Assembly (NCBI GenBank): GCA_023248155.1
Contig: JAHFFE010000009.1
Coordinates: 1-48,053, forward strand
Direction: 5' to 3'
From: Candidatus Omnitrophota bacterium
GTDB taxonomy: Bacteria > Omnitrophota > Gorgyraeia > 1-14-0-20-64-10
Length of the DNA stretch: 48,053 bases
Shown: one piece after another, positions 18,035-27,239 of the stretch
Layout: the number at the start of each line of letters is the position of its first letter
Position numbering within the stretch: the stretch's first letter is position 1
Translations under genes and position numbers: made by a program
Notes under the pieces: generated by a model
Database searches by the model: none
Seen by the model: the letters and a program-made list of their open reading frames with translations, nothing else
Told to the model about the DNA's origin: nothing

Positions 18035-18438
18035 ATACTTTCTCGCGCTTCACGGCTTTTGCGCTTATTGCCGTAATGCTGTCCGGTTGTTCGGTGTTTA
18101 TGGCCGCCAAACAACCGCCTAAAAAAGATCTGTCCGTGCTCGAGATTGGCACGCCGCGCAGCCGGGTGATATCAGAATTAGGCCAGCCGGCCGCCAGCGA
18201 TACCAAAGACGGCAAGCGGGTGGATATGTTCGTGTTTCAGCAGGGCTACAGCAAGGGAGCAAAAACAGGCCGGGCCCTTTTTCATGGAGCGGCCGATGTG
18301 ATGACGCTGGGTCTGTGGGAAGTTGTCGGCACCCCAACCGAAATGGTTTTCGACGGAGCGCATATGTCTTATGAAGTAACCTACGACGCGGATGACCGAA
18401 TCGAAAATGTCGCTAACCTTTCCCGGCAGGAACAATAA
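18031..18438 (+). CDS. Small lipoprotein (SmpA/OmlA-like IGxxRxxVxxxLGxP motif)
   Basis: MLSG|C lipobox, IGTPRSRVISELGQP, ATGA overlap with the previous gene. Confidence 0.78.
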   Translation: MNTFSRFTAFALIAVMLSGCSVFMAAKQPPKKDLSVLEIGTPRSRVISELGQPAASDTKDGKRVDMFVFQQGYSKGAKTGRALFHGAADVMTLGLWEVVGTPTEMVFDGAHMSYEVTYDADDRIENVANLSRQEQ

Positions 18439-18930
18439 ATGAGGATGCTTCTGCCCAAAAAATCCATCGGTTTGCTTTTAATCATCGTGGTGTTGTTGAC
18501 CGGCTGCGCCAGCATTATCCATGGGTCGCGGCAGGATATCCGCGTAGTCTCAAACCCGTCGGGCGCGGTGGTACGGGTTAACCTGAATAACCAGGCCACC
18601 ACTACCCCCGGCATGCTCACCTTGAGCCGCAAAGAGATTGCTTATGCGCTGACTTTCGAGAAAGAGGGTTATAAACCGGTCGAGGTTTCATTGCGGCGCA
18701 CGGTGGACGGCTGGCTGTTCGGGAATATCATTTTCGGAGGCATCATCGGCATCGTGATTGACTTCGCATCGGGGTCGGCTTATAAATTAACGCCGGGAGA
18801 AGTCGAAATCGCTTTGGGTGAGATGTCGGCATCGGCTAAAAAATCGGGCGGCCTGGTTGTGTTTGCCGATTTACAGCAGCTGCCGAGCTCGCTCAAAAAC
18901 AAAATCTCCGAGAAGGACCGGCTTGTCTAG
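18439..18930 (+). CDS. PEGA-domain lipoprotein
   Basis: LLTG|C lipobox, VVSNPSGAVV, TTP, EKEGY and a glycine-rich GNIIFGGIIGIVID segment. Confidence 0.8.
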   Translation: MRMLLPKKSIGLLLIIVVLLTGCASIIHGSRQDIRVVSNPSGAVVRVNLNNQATTTPGMLTLSRKEIAYALTFEKEGYKPVEVSLRRTVDGWLFGNIIFGGIIGIVIDFASGSAYKLTPGEVEIALGEMSASAKKSGGLVVFADLQQLPSSLKNKISEKDRLV

Positions 18931-19819
18931 GCAAAAAATCAAGCGGCTATGGGCGGGGTTGCTGGCTGTTGTTATTTGTTTAGCGCCGGCCCCCGCTTTT
19001 TCCGCAGAAAAAACGATTGAACGGGGCCGCCCCGTTTTTCTGCTGGACGCGCTGGGCAACATTTTAAGCATCCCCAAAAAAATTCTTCTGCTCAACTGGA
19101 AGATCGATAACCACAAAGTCTCTCCCCAAACAGAAGCGGAACTCCAAAAATTTCTGGACGCACACCCGGAGACCGAAAAAAATCTGAAAGTGCGCATCAA
19201 CCAGTGGACGCCGGTCGGTGAATTCCGTCGGCTCGCGCAAAACAAGCGAATCCCCTGGTATTTCAGGGTATTCCCCGGCATTCCAACCACCGCCTTTTCA
19301 TCGCTGACCGGCCGCGTGCTGGGCGGCGATCATTACAACCCCTATACCAACACCATCCATTTGTTTTCCGATGACGCGGCCGTGGCGCTTCACGAGGCCG
19401 GGCACGCGGTCGACTTCGCCCATCAAAAATCGCCGGGCCTCTACGCGGTGGGACGCATCCTGCCGCCCATCGAACTCAATCAGGAACAAATCGCTTCCGA
19501 CACCGCCATCGCTTACCTCAAAGAACAAAAAGACCGCCCGGGCGAACTGCACGCTTACAAAACGCTCTACCCCGCTTTCGGAACCTACGCGGGCGAACAA
19601 TCCGGCCTGGGCTACGGCAATTACATCGGCGCCGGCGCGGGCCACGCGCTGGGTTTTCTGGAAAGCCGCAACCAGCGCCTGGGTTACGAAGCGATCGATA
19701 ACGCGCGCGTCGGCGACCACGTGATTACCCAGCAAAGCCCCCTCTCAAAAAGCCTGCTGACCCACCAGGCAGACTCCCGAAAGGCTCTCTTAAGCTCCCT
19801 TGACAAAACAGCAGAATAG
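18923..19819 (+). CDS. Secreted putative zinc metallopeptidase (HExxH)
   Basis: Signal peptide ending AFS, DHYNPYTNTIHL, ALHEAGHAVD and a downstream QEQIAS Glu. Start probably TTG 18923. Confidence 0.7.
   Translation: MSRQKIKRLWAGLLAVVICLAPAPAFSAEKTIERGRPVFLLDALGNILSIPKKILLLNWKIDNHKVSPQTEAELQKFLDAHPETEKNLKVRINQWTPVGEFRRLAQNKRIPWYFRVFPGIPTTAFSSLTGRVLGGDHYNPYTNTIHLFSDDAAVALHEAGHAVDFAHQKSPGLYAVGRILPPIELNQEQIASDTAIAYLKEQKDRPGELHAYKTLYPAFGTYAGEQSGLGYGNYIGAGAGHALGFLESRNQRLGYEAIDNARVGDHVITQQSPLSKSLLTHQADSRKALLSSLDKTAE
19791..19806 (+). repeat. 16-bp direct repeat, left copy
   Basis: TAAGCTCCCTTGACAA, identical to 20413-20428. Confidence 0.85.
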
Positions 19820-19839
19820 CGTATATACTTGATATATAC
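19800..19839 (+). promoter_or_regulatory. TA operon promoter with an overlapping operator
   Basis: TTGACA-N18-TATACT; inverted repeat GTATATA-cttga-TATATAC (19821-19839) covers the -10. Confidence 0.65.
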
Positions 19840-19844
19840 AACTA

Positions 19845-20144
19845 ATGACTGATCTTCCGGATTTATCTGGGGTAGAAGGTTTCGACTGGGACCGTGGGAA
19901 TGTTCAAAAGAACTGGGCGCGGCATCGGGTGGCTTTTCATGAATGCGAAGAGGTCTTTTTCCATGAGCCCGTTCTGGTTCCCGACCCGGATCATTCCGGT
20001 TCGGAACAGCGCTGGTTCGCGTTCGGACGCACGGCTAAAGGACGCTTGCTTACTATTGTATTTACCATCAGAAAGAACACCCTCCGGGTGATATCTGCCC
20101 GGGACATGAGCCGGAAGGAGCGAGGAAAATATGATCAACTTTAA
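19845..20144 (+). CDS. brnT: BrnT-family (DUF497) type II toxin
   Basis: FDWDRGNVQKNWARH, HSGSEQRW, RVISARDMSRKER...Y. Confidence 0.9.
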   Translation: MTDLPDLSGVEGFDWDRGNVQKNWARHRVAFHECEEVFFHEPVLVPDPDHSGSEQRWFAFGRTAKGRLLTIVFTIRKNTLRVISARDMSRKERGKYDQL

Positions 20145-20415
20145 GAAGATACCGGCATTCAAGAACGAAGACGCCGAACGAAAGTTCTGGGCTACCCACG
20201 ACGCAACCGATTATGTCGATTGGAGAAAAGCGCAGCGGGTTCGATTTCCAAACTTAAAACCGACGCTGAGAACCATCTCCATCCGGCTTCCTGAGCATTT
20301 GATCGGCGATCTCAAGGCGCTGGCGAATGAGCGGGATATCCCCTACCAAGCGCTCCTGAAACAATTCCTCGCTGAGCGCGTAGAACGGGAGTGGCGCCAC
20401 CACAGAGCCGCCTAA
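20131..20415 (+). CDS. BrnA/CopG-like ribbon-helix-helix antitoxin
   Basis: KIPAFKNEDAERKFWATHD, TISIRL, IPYQALLK; overlaps the toxin gene. Confidence 0.88.
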   Translation: MINFKKIPAFKNEDAERKFWATHDATDYVDWRKAQRVRFPNLKPTLRTISIRLPEHLIGDLKALANERDIPYQALLKQFLAERVEREWRHHRAA

Positions 20416-20428
20416 GCTCCCTTGACAA
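20413..20428 (+). repeat. 16-bp direct repeat, right copy
   Basis: TAAGCTCCCTTGACAA, beginning at the antitoxin stop codon. Confidence 0.85.
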
Positions 20429-20437
20429 CTAGCCGCC

Positions 20438-20463
20438 CTGGATTCCCGCCTTCGCGGGAATGA
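20438..20463. repeat. REP-like hairpin (ATTCCC-N8-GGGAAT, dRS3-like architecture)
   Basis: CTGGATTCCCGCCTTCGCGGGAATGA. Confidence 0.75.
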
Positions 20464-20475
20464 AATCTTAAGAGT

Positions 20476-20508
20476 AATTGTCATCCCCGAAATTACTTGT
20501 CGGGGATC
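20476..20508. repeat. REP-like hairpin, paralog of 7132-7164
   Basis: AATTGTCATCCCCGA-N9-TCGGGGATC. Confidence 0.75.
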
Positions 20509-20525
20509 TATTTTCGCCCTCCCCC

Positions 20526-20554
20526 TTGTTTTTACCCTCTCCATTGGGTAAGCT
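20526..20554 (+). promoter_or_regulatory. Possible promoter of the kinase array
   Basis: TTGTTT-N17-TAAGCT, 9 nt before ATG 20564; no clear Shine-Dalgarno. Confidence 0.4.
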
Positions 20555-20563
20555 TCAAAGAGC

Positions 20564-22180
20564 ATGCCAGCTACTCCCTTTTCACCCTCAGTTTTATACG
20601 CATTTACCTGCGGCCTAACCTGTGTTCTGGCCGCTTCATTAGCCCTGCTTGTCCTCTGGAAAAACGCGCGATCGCCGGTAGCCCGCCGATGGGCCACGAT
20701 GTGCTTTTTGGTCGCGGCCTGGGCGTTCTGGAATACGATTTCCCTGCTTGATCAAACTGCGGCCGGATCTTTAAAATACCTGCGCCTGGCCGACGCGTTC
20801 GCGCTATTCATCCCGGTTACTTTTCTGCATTTTGCCATGCGTTTTGCGAACCGGTTCAAGGCCGGCCTGCTCAAAATAAGCTACCTGATAACCGGCGCGC
20901 TCGCGCTGACCGTGGGCACCCCGTTGTTCGTGGCGGAAGGCCAGAAAAAATTCGGCATCTGGTTTGAAGTGGGCGGCCCCACTTTTTTAGCGTTTGCCAT
21001 CCTGTTCGTGCTGCTGCCGGCGTATGGCATTTATCTGATTTACCAAACAGCCCGCGCGGCCTCGGATAAAACGAAACAGGCTCAATTTTTCAGCTTATTT
21101 TTCGCCTGCGCGCTGGGTTTTGGCGGCGGGTTCATGTGGTTTCTTCCGGCGTTTAACATTAATATCCCGCCCATCGGCGGCCATTTAATCGCGCTCTACT
21201 GCGTGATTGTGCTGTATGCCATTGTCCGGTACCGGTTTCTGGATATCCAGCTGGTCATCCGGCGCAGTCTGGTTTATTCCATCTTGATCACGCTGTTGAC
21301 CACTTCTTATTTCGGGCTGGTTTATTTGATCGAGCGGATTTTTCAAAACTCCATCGGTTATAAATCGGCGTGGATTTCCATTCTGTCGTTCGGATTGATG
21401 GCGCTGGTGTTCCAGCCGCTTAAATCGGCCATCCAAAAACTGGTCGACTGGTTAGTTTTCCGCTCAACGCAGGAAGAACTGGGGAAACGGATGGAACTGC
21501 TCGAACAGCAGGCGTTGCTAAATGAGAAACTCAAAGCGGTTTCTACACTGGCCGCCGGCATGGCGCATGAAATTAAAAATCCGCTGACGATATTGCAGAC
21601 CTACGCGCAGTTCATCCCCGAGAAACGCCACGACGACGCTTTCATTACCACACTGCAAGAGACGCTCTCAAGCGAAACCCGCAGAATTCAGCAGATCGTT
21701 CAGGATTTATTAGACTTCGCCAAACCAAAACCCCCGCGAATGCAGCCGGTTGATTTAGCGGGGCTTATTCAATCGACGACGAATTTATTTTCGGGCGAGT
21801 TTATTAAGCGCAAGGTCAACTGCGAGGTTCATTGTGATTTGAACGGCGCCCTTCTGCAAGCCGACCGGGACCAGTTGCGCCAGGTTCTTATTAATCTGGT
21901 TCAGAATGCCCTGGACGCCATGCCGGCCGGCGGCAAGTTATCCATTCAGGGCACGGTTATACCCGACGAAGCAGTCGTTCTGAAAATCTCCGATACCGGC
22001 GAAGGAATCCCGAAACATCTCCTGCCCAAAATCTTTGACCCATTCGTAACCGGCAAAGAAACCGGCAACGGCTTAGGGCTAACGATGGTCTACTCCATTG
22101 TTCAGGCACACCGGGGTACCATTCAGGTAGATAGCACGCCCGAGCAAGGCACCACATTTACTCTCAGGTTCCCGCTATGA
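20564..22180 (+). CDS. Sensor histidine kinase HK1 (HisKA_7TM-like membrane sensor, HisKA, HATPase)
   Basis: Multi-TM N-terminus; AAGMAHEIKNPL, INLVQNALDAM, DTGEGI, FDPF, GNGLGL. Confidence 0.92.
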   Translation: MPATPFSPSVLYAFTCGLTCVLAASLALLVLWKNARSPVARRWATMCFLVAAWAFWNTISLLDQTAAGSLKYLRLADAFALFIPVTFLHFAMRFANRFKAGLLKISYLITGALALTVGTPLFVAEGQKKFGIWFEVGGPTFLAFAILFVLLPAYGIYLIYQTARAASDKTKQAQFFSLFFACALGFGGGFMWFLPAFNINIPPIGGHLIALYCVIVLYAIVRYRFLDIQLVIRRSLVYSILITLLTTSYFGLVYLIERIFQNSIGYKSAWISILSFGLMALVFQPLKSAIQKLVDWLVFRSTQEELGKRMELLEQQALLNEKLKAVSTLAAGMAHEIKNPLTILQTYAQFIPEKRHDDAFITTLQETLSSETRRIQQIVQDLLDFAKPKPPRMQPVDLAGLIQSTTNLFSGEFIKRKVNCEVHCDLNGALLQADRDQLRQVLINLVQNALDAMPAGGKLSIQGTVIPDEAVVLKISDTGEGIPKHLLPKIFDPFVTGKETGNGLGLTMVYSIVQAHRGTIQVDSTPEQGTTFTLRFPL

Positions 22181-23808
22181 CACTCTTTCAATATCACTTG
22201 ATTGGGCTTGCTCTGACATCGACATCCCTGGTGGGATTTGGAATTTTCCTGCTGCTGAAAAATCCGGAGCGCCCATTAAATCGTTCCATGTCGCTCTATT
22301 GCTTCAGCGTTGCTTGGTGGAGTGGCTGGGAATTTTTTGCGCTTCAAATGCCTACCCGAGAATTAGCGTTTCTACTTATGCGAATAGAATACTTCGGGGT
22401 AGCATACATCCCTACTTTGTTTTGCACTACAGCATCCTATCTTCTAAATCAATCTGCCCGAACTCGAAAGAAGGTACTTATTCCTCTTTATGTAATGAGC
22501 ACCCTTACATTAATTCCCGCTGTATTTTTCCCTACGAAACAATTCCTCTGGGTGAGCAGCGGCCCCGTTTTTTACCTGCCGATCTGGGGGCAAGCCGGCA
22601 TGTATTACTGGATGTTTATGGTCTTTTTCTTTTCAGCCATCCTCACCGCCCATTTCCTGATGATTCCTCCCTGGCTTAAAGCAAGCGGCACAGAAAAAAC
22701 TCGGCTTACCTTATTTATTTTTGGATCCATTTTGGCTTACATGGGTGGCTGTCCCGAATTTGCCATGAATTATGGGGTTCGGATCGGCTGGCTGAATCCT
22801 TTTGGTTTGTACGCTTTTCCTATTTATATCGGCATACTTACCTATGCTGTTGTACAACACCAATTTTTCGACATTCACATTGTGATCCGCAAAAGCGTTG
22901 TTTATTCCCTTCTCGTTACCCTATTGACTGCTGGATACTTTGGCATAGTTTATTTCATTGAGCACGCCTTCCAATCAACGCTTGGATATCATTCTATCTG
23001 GATCTCGCTGGCCGCGTTCGCTCTAATGACTTTGAGTTTTCAATCTCTTAAAACCATAATTCAGAATGCAGTGGATCACCTAGTGTTTGGGGTTTCTCAG
23101 GAAGAACTTGCCAAGAGAATGGAACGGCTTGAAGCTCAGGCCATGCAGGCCGAGAAATTCAAAGCCGTTTCTACGCTAGCCGCCGGCATGGCACACGAAA
23201 TCAAAAACCCGCTAACGATTTTAAAAACCTACAACGAATTTCTTCCCAAAAAGCATGCGGACAAACAGTTCATTGCCGAAATGCACGAAGCGCTGGCCGC
23301 CGAAACGAGCCGGATGCAGCAAATCATTCAGGACTTGCTGGAATTCTCAAAACCAAAATTATCCAAACAGCGCCCTGTTCATCTGGAAGAAATCATTCAT
23401 TCCACAACCAACTTGTTCTCGGCTGAATTCATCAAGCGCAAGATTAATTGCCAAACCAACTGCTCGCTCAATGGCGCTGCCATTCAAGCCGATCCGGACC
23501 AAATCCGGCAGATATTGATCAATCTCGTCCAAAACGCCCTAGACGCAATGCCTGAAGGCGGGTCTTTGTCGGTGTCGGCAGAAACAACCCCGGACAACCA
23601 TGTCGAGTTAAAAATTACCGATACCGGCTGCGGCATTCCAAAAGAACTGCTGCCAAAAATATTCGACCCATTCGTAACCGGCAAAGAGACCGGCAACGGA
23701 CTGGGCTTAACGATGGTCTACTCCATCGTGCAGGCGCACCGCGGCACCATTCAGGCGGATAGTGCTCCCGGCCAAGGCACCACATTCACTCTCCGGTTCC
23801 CGCTATGA
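22177..23808 (+). CDS. Sensor histidine kinase HK2 (7TM-like sensor)
   Basis: Same H/N/G1/F/G2 boxes; ATGA overlap with HK1. Confidence 0.92.
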   Translation: MTLFQYHLIGLALTSTSLVGFGIFLLLKNPERPLNRSMSLYCFSVAWWSGWEFFALQMPTRELAFLLMRIEYFGVAYIPTLFCTTASYLLNQSARTRKKVLIPLYVMSTLTLIPAVFFPTKQFLWVSSGPVFYLPIWGQAGMYYWMFMVFFFSAILTAHFLMIPPWLKASGTEKTRLTLFIFGSILAYMGGCPEFAMNYGVRIGWLNPFGLYAFPIYIGILTYAVVQHQFFDIHIVIRKSVVYSLLVTLLTAGYFGIVYFIEHAFQSTLGYHSIWISLAAFALMTLSFQSLKTIIQNAVDHLVFGVSQEELAKRMERLEAQAMQAEKFKAVSTLAAGMAHEIKNPLTILKTYNEFLPKKHADKQFIAEMHEALAAETSRMQQIIQDLLEFSKPKLSKQRPVHLEEIIHSTTNLFSAEFIKRKINCQTNCSLNGAAIQADPDQIRQILINLVQNALDAMPEGGSLSVSAETTPDNHVELKITDTGCGIPKELLPKIFDPFVTGKETGNGLGLTMVYSIVQAHRGTIQADSAPGQGTTFTLRFPL

Positions 23809-25424
23809 CACTCCTCCAACATCATGTTTTGTCGCTTAGCTTAACGGCCGTAACCACATTTGCCTTGGGGTTGTTGGTGTTTTTAGCGGAACCCAAAAAA
23901 CGACTGAACCAGGTTTTTGGGTTTTATTCACTGGTGATTTCGTGGTGGGCATTTACTGAGGTTTTTATCGTAAGTGCCCATAATTTCCAAACTGCCAATT
24001 TGTTTGCCTACTTATCATGGCCAGCTATTATTTTTATCGCGCCGGCCTTTTTCCACACAACACTGCTACTGACTTCAGATAAAAACCTTTTGTCAGCAAA
24101 AATCCTTCGAACCGTTTATGTTTTTGGTTTCGTGTTTTTGATCCTGCTTTTCTGCGGACTGGTAATTGATGCTCCGAGGCCTATCGGACATACTCGGTAT
24201 TTCAGCAAACTTACTCCCATAGGCATATCATTGCCGGTTTTATTTGTGATTCTTGTAAATATCAGCATATGGAAACTCTGGAAAGCATATCGGAAAGAAT
24301 CTGGTTCTCGAAAAATTGAATTAAAATATCTGCTCTGGGGATCCGTTATCGGCTATATTGGCGGCACTCCAGACTGGTTACATTCGCTAGACATCTACAT
24401 ACCACCACTGACACCCCTTGGAATCTACGGAGTGCCACTTTATTCCATCGCCATGACTTACGCGGTACTTCACCACCAGCTTTTCGATTTCAACTTAGTG
24501 ATCAGAAAAAGTCTCGCCTACTCAATTTTAATTACAATACTAACCATCAGTTATTTCGGTTGTGTTTACTTTGCGGAACAATTCTTCAGAATTACTTTGG
24601 GTTATTCATCTGTCTGGGTCTCATTAATCGCTTTTGCGGTAATGGCCTTACTATTTCAGCCGCTTAAATCTGCTATTCAAAGATTGGTCGACTACCTAGT
24701 CTTCGGGGTTTCTCAGGAAGAACTCGCCAAACGGATGGAACGGCTGGAAGCCCAGGCCATGCAAACCGAGAAATTTAAGGCCGTCTCTACGCTGGCCGCC
24801 GGCATGGCGCATGAAATCAAGAACCCGCTCACCATCATACAAACTTACGCGCAGTACCTAACCGAACGGCACGACGACCCAACCTTCATCAAAGAATGCC
24901 AGGAATCCATCTTGTCCGAAACTAAACGGATGAAAAACATCACGAAAGATTTAATGAGTTTCGCCAAGCCGAGCGATACCAAGCGCATTCCTGTAGAACT
25001 GGAAGAGTTGGTGCGGTCTACTGTTTTATTGCTGGCTCAAAACTTGTCGCAACAGAAGATCGGTTGGAATGTAGCTTGCGAACCGGAAACCACCACCGTT
25101 ATTCAGGCCGATCCGGACCAAATCCGGCAAATTCTAATTAACCTTATCCAAAACGCGGCCGATGCCATGCCCAACGGCGGAACGGTTTCTGTTTCGACCA
25201 AAAGCACCGATGAACACGCCTACATTGTAATTACCGATACCGGCTGTGGCATTCCGCCAGAAATACTACCTAAAATCTTCGACCCATTTGTAACCACTAA
25301 GCCTGATGGTAACGGCCTGGGGCTAACAATGGTTTATTCAATGGTGCAGGCCAACTGTGGAACCATTCAGGTGGATAGCGCTCCCGGACAAGGCACGACC
25401 TTCACCATTAGGTTTGCACGATGA
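23805..25424 (+). CDS. Sensor histidine kinase HK3 (7TM-like sensor)
   Basis: Same boxes; ATGA overlap with HK2. Confidence 0.92.
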   Translation: MTLLQHHVLSLSLTAVTTFALGLLVFLAEPKKRLNQVFGFYSLVISWWAFTEVFIVSAHNFQTANLFAYLSWPAIIFIAPAFFHTTLLLTSDKNLLSAKILRTVYVFGFVFLILLFCGLVIDAPRPIGHTRYFSKLTPIGISLPVLFVILVNISIWKLWKAYRKESGSRKIELKYLLWGSVIGYIGGTPDWLHSLDIYIPPLTPLGIYGVPLYSIAMTYAVLHHQLFDFNLVIRKSLAYSILITILTISYFGCVYFAEQFFRITLGYSSVWVSLIAFAVMALLFQPLKSAIQRLVDYLVFGVSQEELAKRMERLEAQAMQTEKFKAVSTLAAGMAHEIKNPLTIIQTYAQYLTERHDDPTFIKECQESILSETKRMKNITKDLMSFAKPSDTKRIPVELEELVRSTVLLLAQNLSQQKIGWNVACEPETTTVIQADPDQIRQILINLIQNAADAMPNGGTVSVSTKSTDEHAYIVITDTGCGIPPEILPKIFDPFVTTKPDGNGLGLTMVYSMVQANCGTIQVDSAPGQGTTFTIRFAR

Positions 25425-27025
25425 CGCTACTACAGCTATATACATTCTCAAACACGCTTAACGCCTTTGTGAGTACTTCTCTTGGACTATTTGTCTTCCT
25501 AAAAAATCCTAACTCAAAAATAAACCGTCTTTGGGTATGGATGAGTTTGTGTATTGGAATCTGGTCTGGACTTCTTGCCCTTTCATTTGTTTCCCATGAC
25601 TACATCTTCATCTTGTGGATAATACGGGTGGCTAACACAAGCGCCCTATTTATTCCGCTTCTTTACCTCCATTTCATAGCCGCATATCTTAACAAATCAA
25701 TCAATCTTAGACCCCTCTATGTTATCAACATCTTATTGGCATGCACAGGATGGACTCCTCTTTTTGTAATAACAGTTGCCGCAAAAAGATGTTTCCCCTA
25801 TTACAACACAGCAGGTTCTGTTTATTTCTTGTTTCCACTTCTATATACAGTAGAAACATTTTGGGCATTTTATCTATTATCGAAATCAATCAAAGATTCA
25901 ACCGGAGTACGAAGAAAAACCTTCTCCCTTATACTCGCTTCCGGCGTTGTGGGATTTGTTTTCGGAGCGACTTCGTTCCCCTTATGCTACACCGACAGCT
26001 TTGAACCTTTTGGCCTTCATTTCGTTTGGCTCTATTGCTTATTTGTTACCTGGGCCATATTCCGATATCAATTATTTGATATTCATCTAATCATCCGTAA
26101 AAGCCTCATCTACTCATTGCTGATCACTCTGCTAACTATTGGATATTTTGGCGTTATTTATGGAGTTGAGCGCCTGTTCCAAAACAGTTTAGGTTATCGA
26201 TCACTAGGGATTTCGCTGACTGCTTTCGCCGTAATGGCGGTAGCTTTTCAGCCCCTTAAAACAAGCATTCAAAGATTAGTCGACTGGCTGGTGTTCCGCT
26301 CAACGCAGGAAGAGTTGGGGAAACGGATGGAATTACTCGAACAGCAGGCCCTGCAAAACGAGAAACTCAAAGCGGTTTCTACTATGGCCGCCGGCATGGC
26401 GCACGAAATTAAAAATCCGCTGACAATACTGCAAACCTACGCCCAGTTTGTTACCGAAAAGCATACCGATCCTGCCTTCGCCAAAGAGCTGCAAGAGACC
26501 CTCTCTACAGAAACCAGGCGGATTCAAGGAATTGTTCAAGACTTGTTGGACTTCGCCAAACCAAAAGCGCCGCATATGCAGCCAGTAGATTTGGCCCAGT
26601 TAATACAATCGACAGTAAATCTGTTCTCGGGAGAGTTTCTCAAGCATGAAATCAATTGCAGTGTGGACTGTAATTTTAATAGCGCCCTTCTTCAAGCCGA
26701 TCCCGACCAGATGCGCCAAATACTCATTAATCTTATCCAAAATGCTATTGATGCCACGCCAAGCGGGGGCAAAATCTCCATAGAAGGGTCTACGCATAAC
26801 AAAGAGGTTGTATTAAAAATTTCCGATACCGGTAAGGGGATCCCGAAACACCTCTTACCCAAAATCTTTGATCCATTCGTGACGGGCAAAGAGACCGGCA
26901 ACGGACTAGGACTTACAATGGTCTACTCCATTGTGCAGGCGCATCACGCCACCATTCAGGTGGATAGCGCTCCCGGACAAGGCACGACCTTTACTGTTAG
27001 ATTACCCACAATTGAAGCTGATTGA
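25421..27025 (+). CDS. Sensor histidine kinase HK4 (7TM-like sensor)
   Basis: Same boxes; ATGA overlap with HK3. Confidence 0.92.
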   Translation: MTLLQLYTFSNTLNAFVSTSLGLFVFLKNPNSKINRLWVWMSLCIGIWSGLLALSFVSHDYIFILWIIRVANTSALFIPLLYLHFIAAYLNKSINLRPLYVINILLACTGWTPLFVITVAAKRCFPYYNTAGSVYFLFPLLYTVETFWAFYLLSKSIKDSTGVRRKTFSLILASGVVGFVFGATSFPLCYTDSFEPFGLHFVWLYCLFVTWAIFRYQLFDIHLIIRKSLIYSLLITLLTIGYFGVIYGVERLFQNSLGYRSLGISLTAFAVMAVAFQPLKTSIQRLVDWLVFRSTQEELGKRMELLEQQALQNEKLKAVSTMAAGMAHEIKNPLTILQTYAQFVTEKHTDPAFAKELQETLSTETRRIQGIVQDLLDFAKPKAPHMQPVDLAQLIQSTVNLFSGEFLKHEINCSVDCNFNSALLQADPDQMRQILINLIQNAIDATPSGGKISIEGSTHNKEVVLKISDTGKGIPKHLLPKIFDPFVTGKETGNGLGLTMVYSIVQAHHATIQVDSAPGQGTTFTVRLPTIEAD

Positions 27026-27050
27026 CATGGTTTATTCTGCGACTTACACT
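27022..27050 (+). promoter_or_regulatory. Near-consensus sigma70 promoter of the ketosynthase-methyltransferase-HK5 unit
   Basis: TTGACA-N17-TACACT overlapping the HK4 stop codon. Confidence 0.7.
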
Positions 27051-27057
27051 GTATTTA

Positions 27058-27138
27058 ATGGTGTTTTTGTTTTTGAGTTATTATTTCATTAGGACTAACT
27101 ATTACGGGTGGACTGATAAAAAGGTATGCACAATATAA
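27058..27138 (+). CDS. Possible leaderless 26-aa peptide MVFLFLSYYFIRTNYYGWTDKKVCTI
   Basis: ATG lies 7 nt after the -10, the same spacing as other leaderless-looking genes here; no homology support. Confidence 0.3.
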   Translation: MVFLFLSYYFIRTNYYGWTDKKVCTI

Positions 27139-27239
27139 ATTAGAAATTTCTCAGTTGGTTATTTTCACGAGCTCATTTTAAGCAACGTCTACAATTTTAT
27201 CGTAGGCGTTTTTTATTTTTATCAAAAACTGAGGTAACT

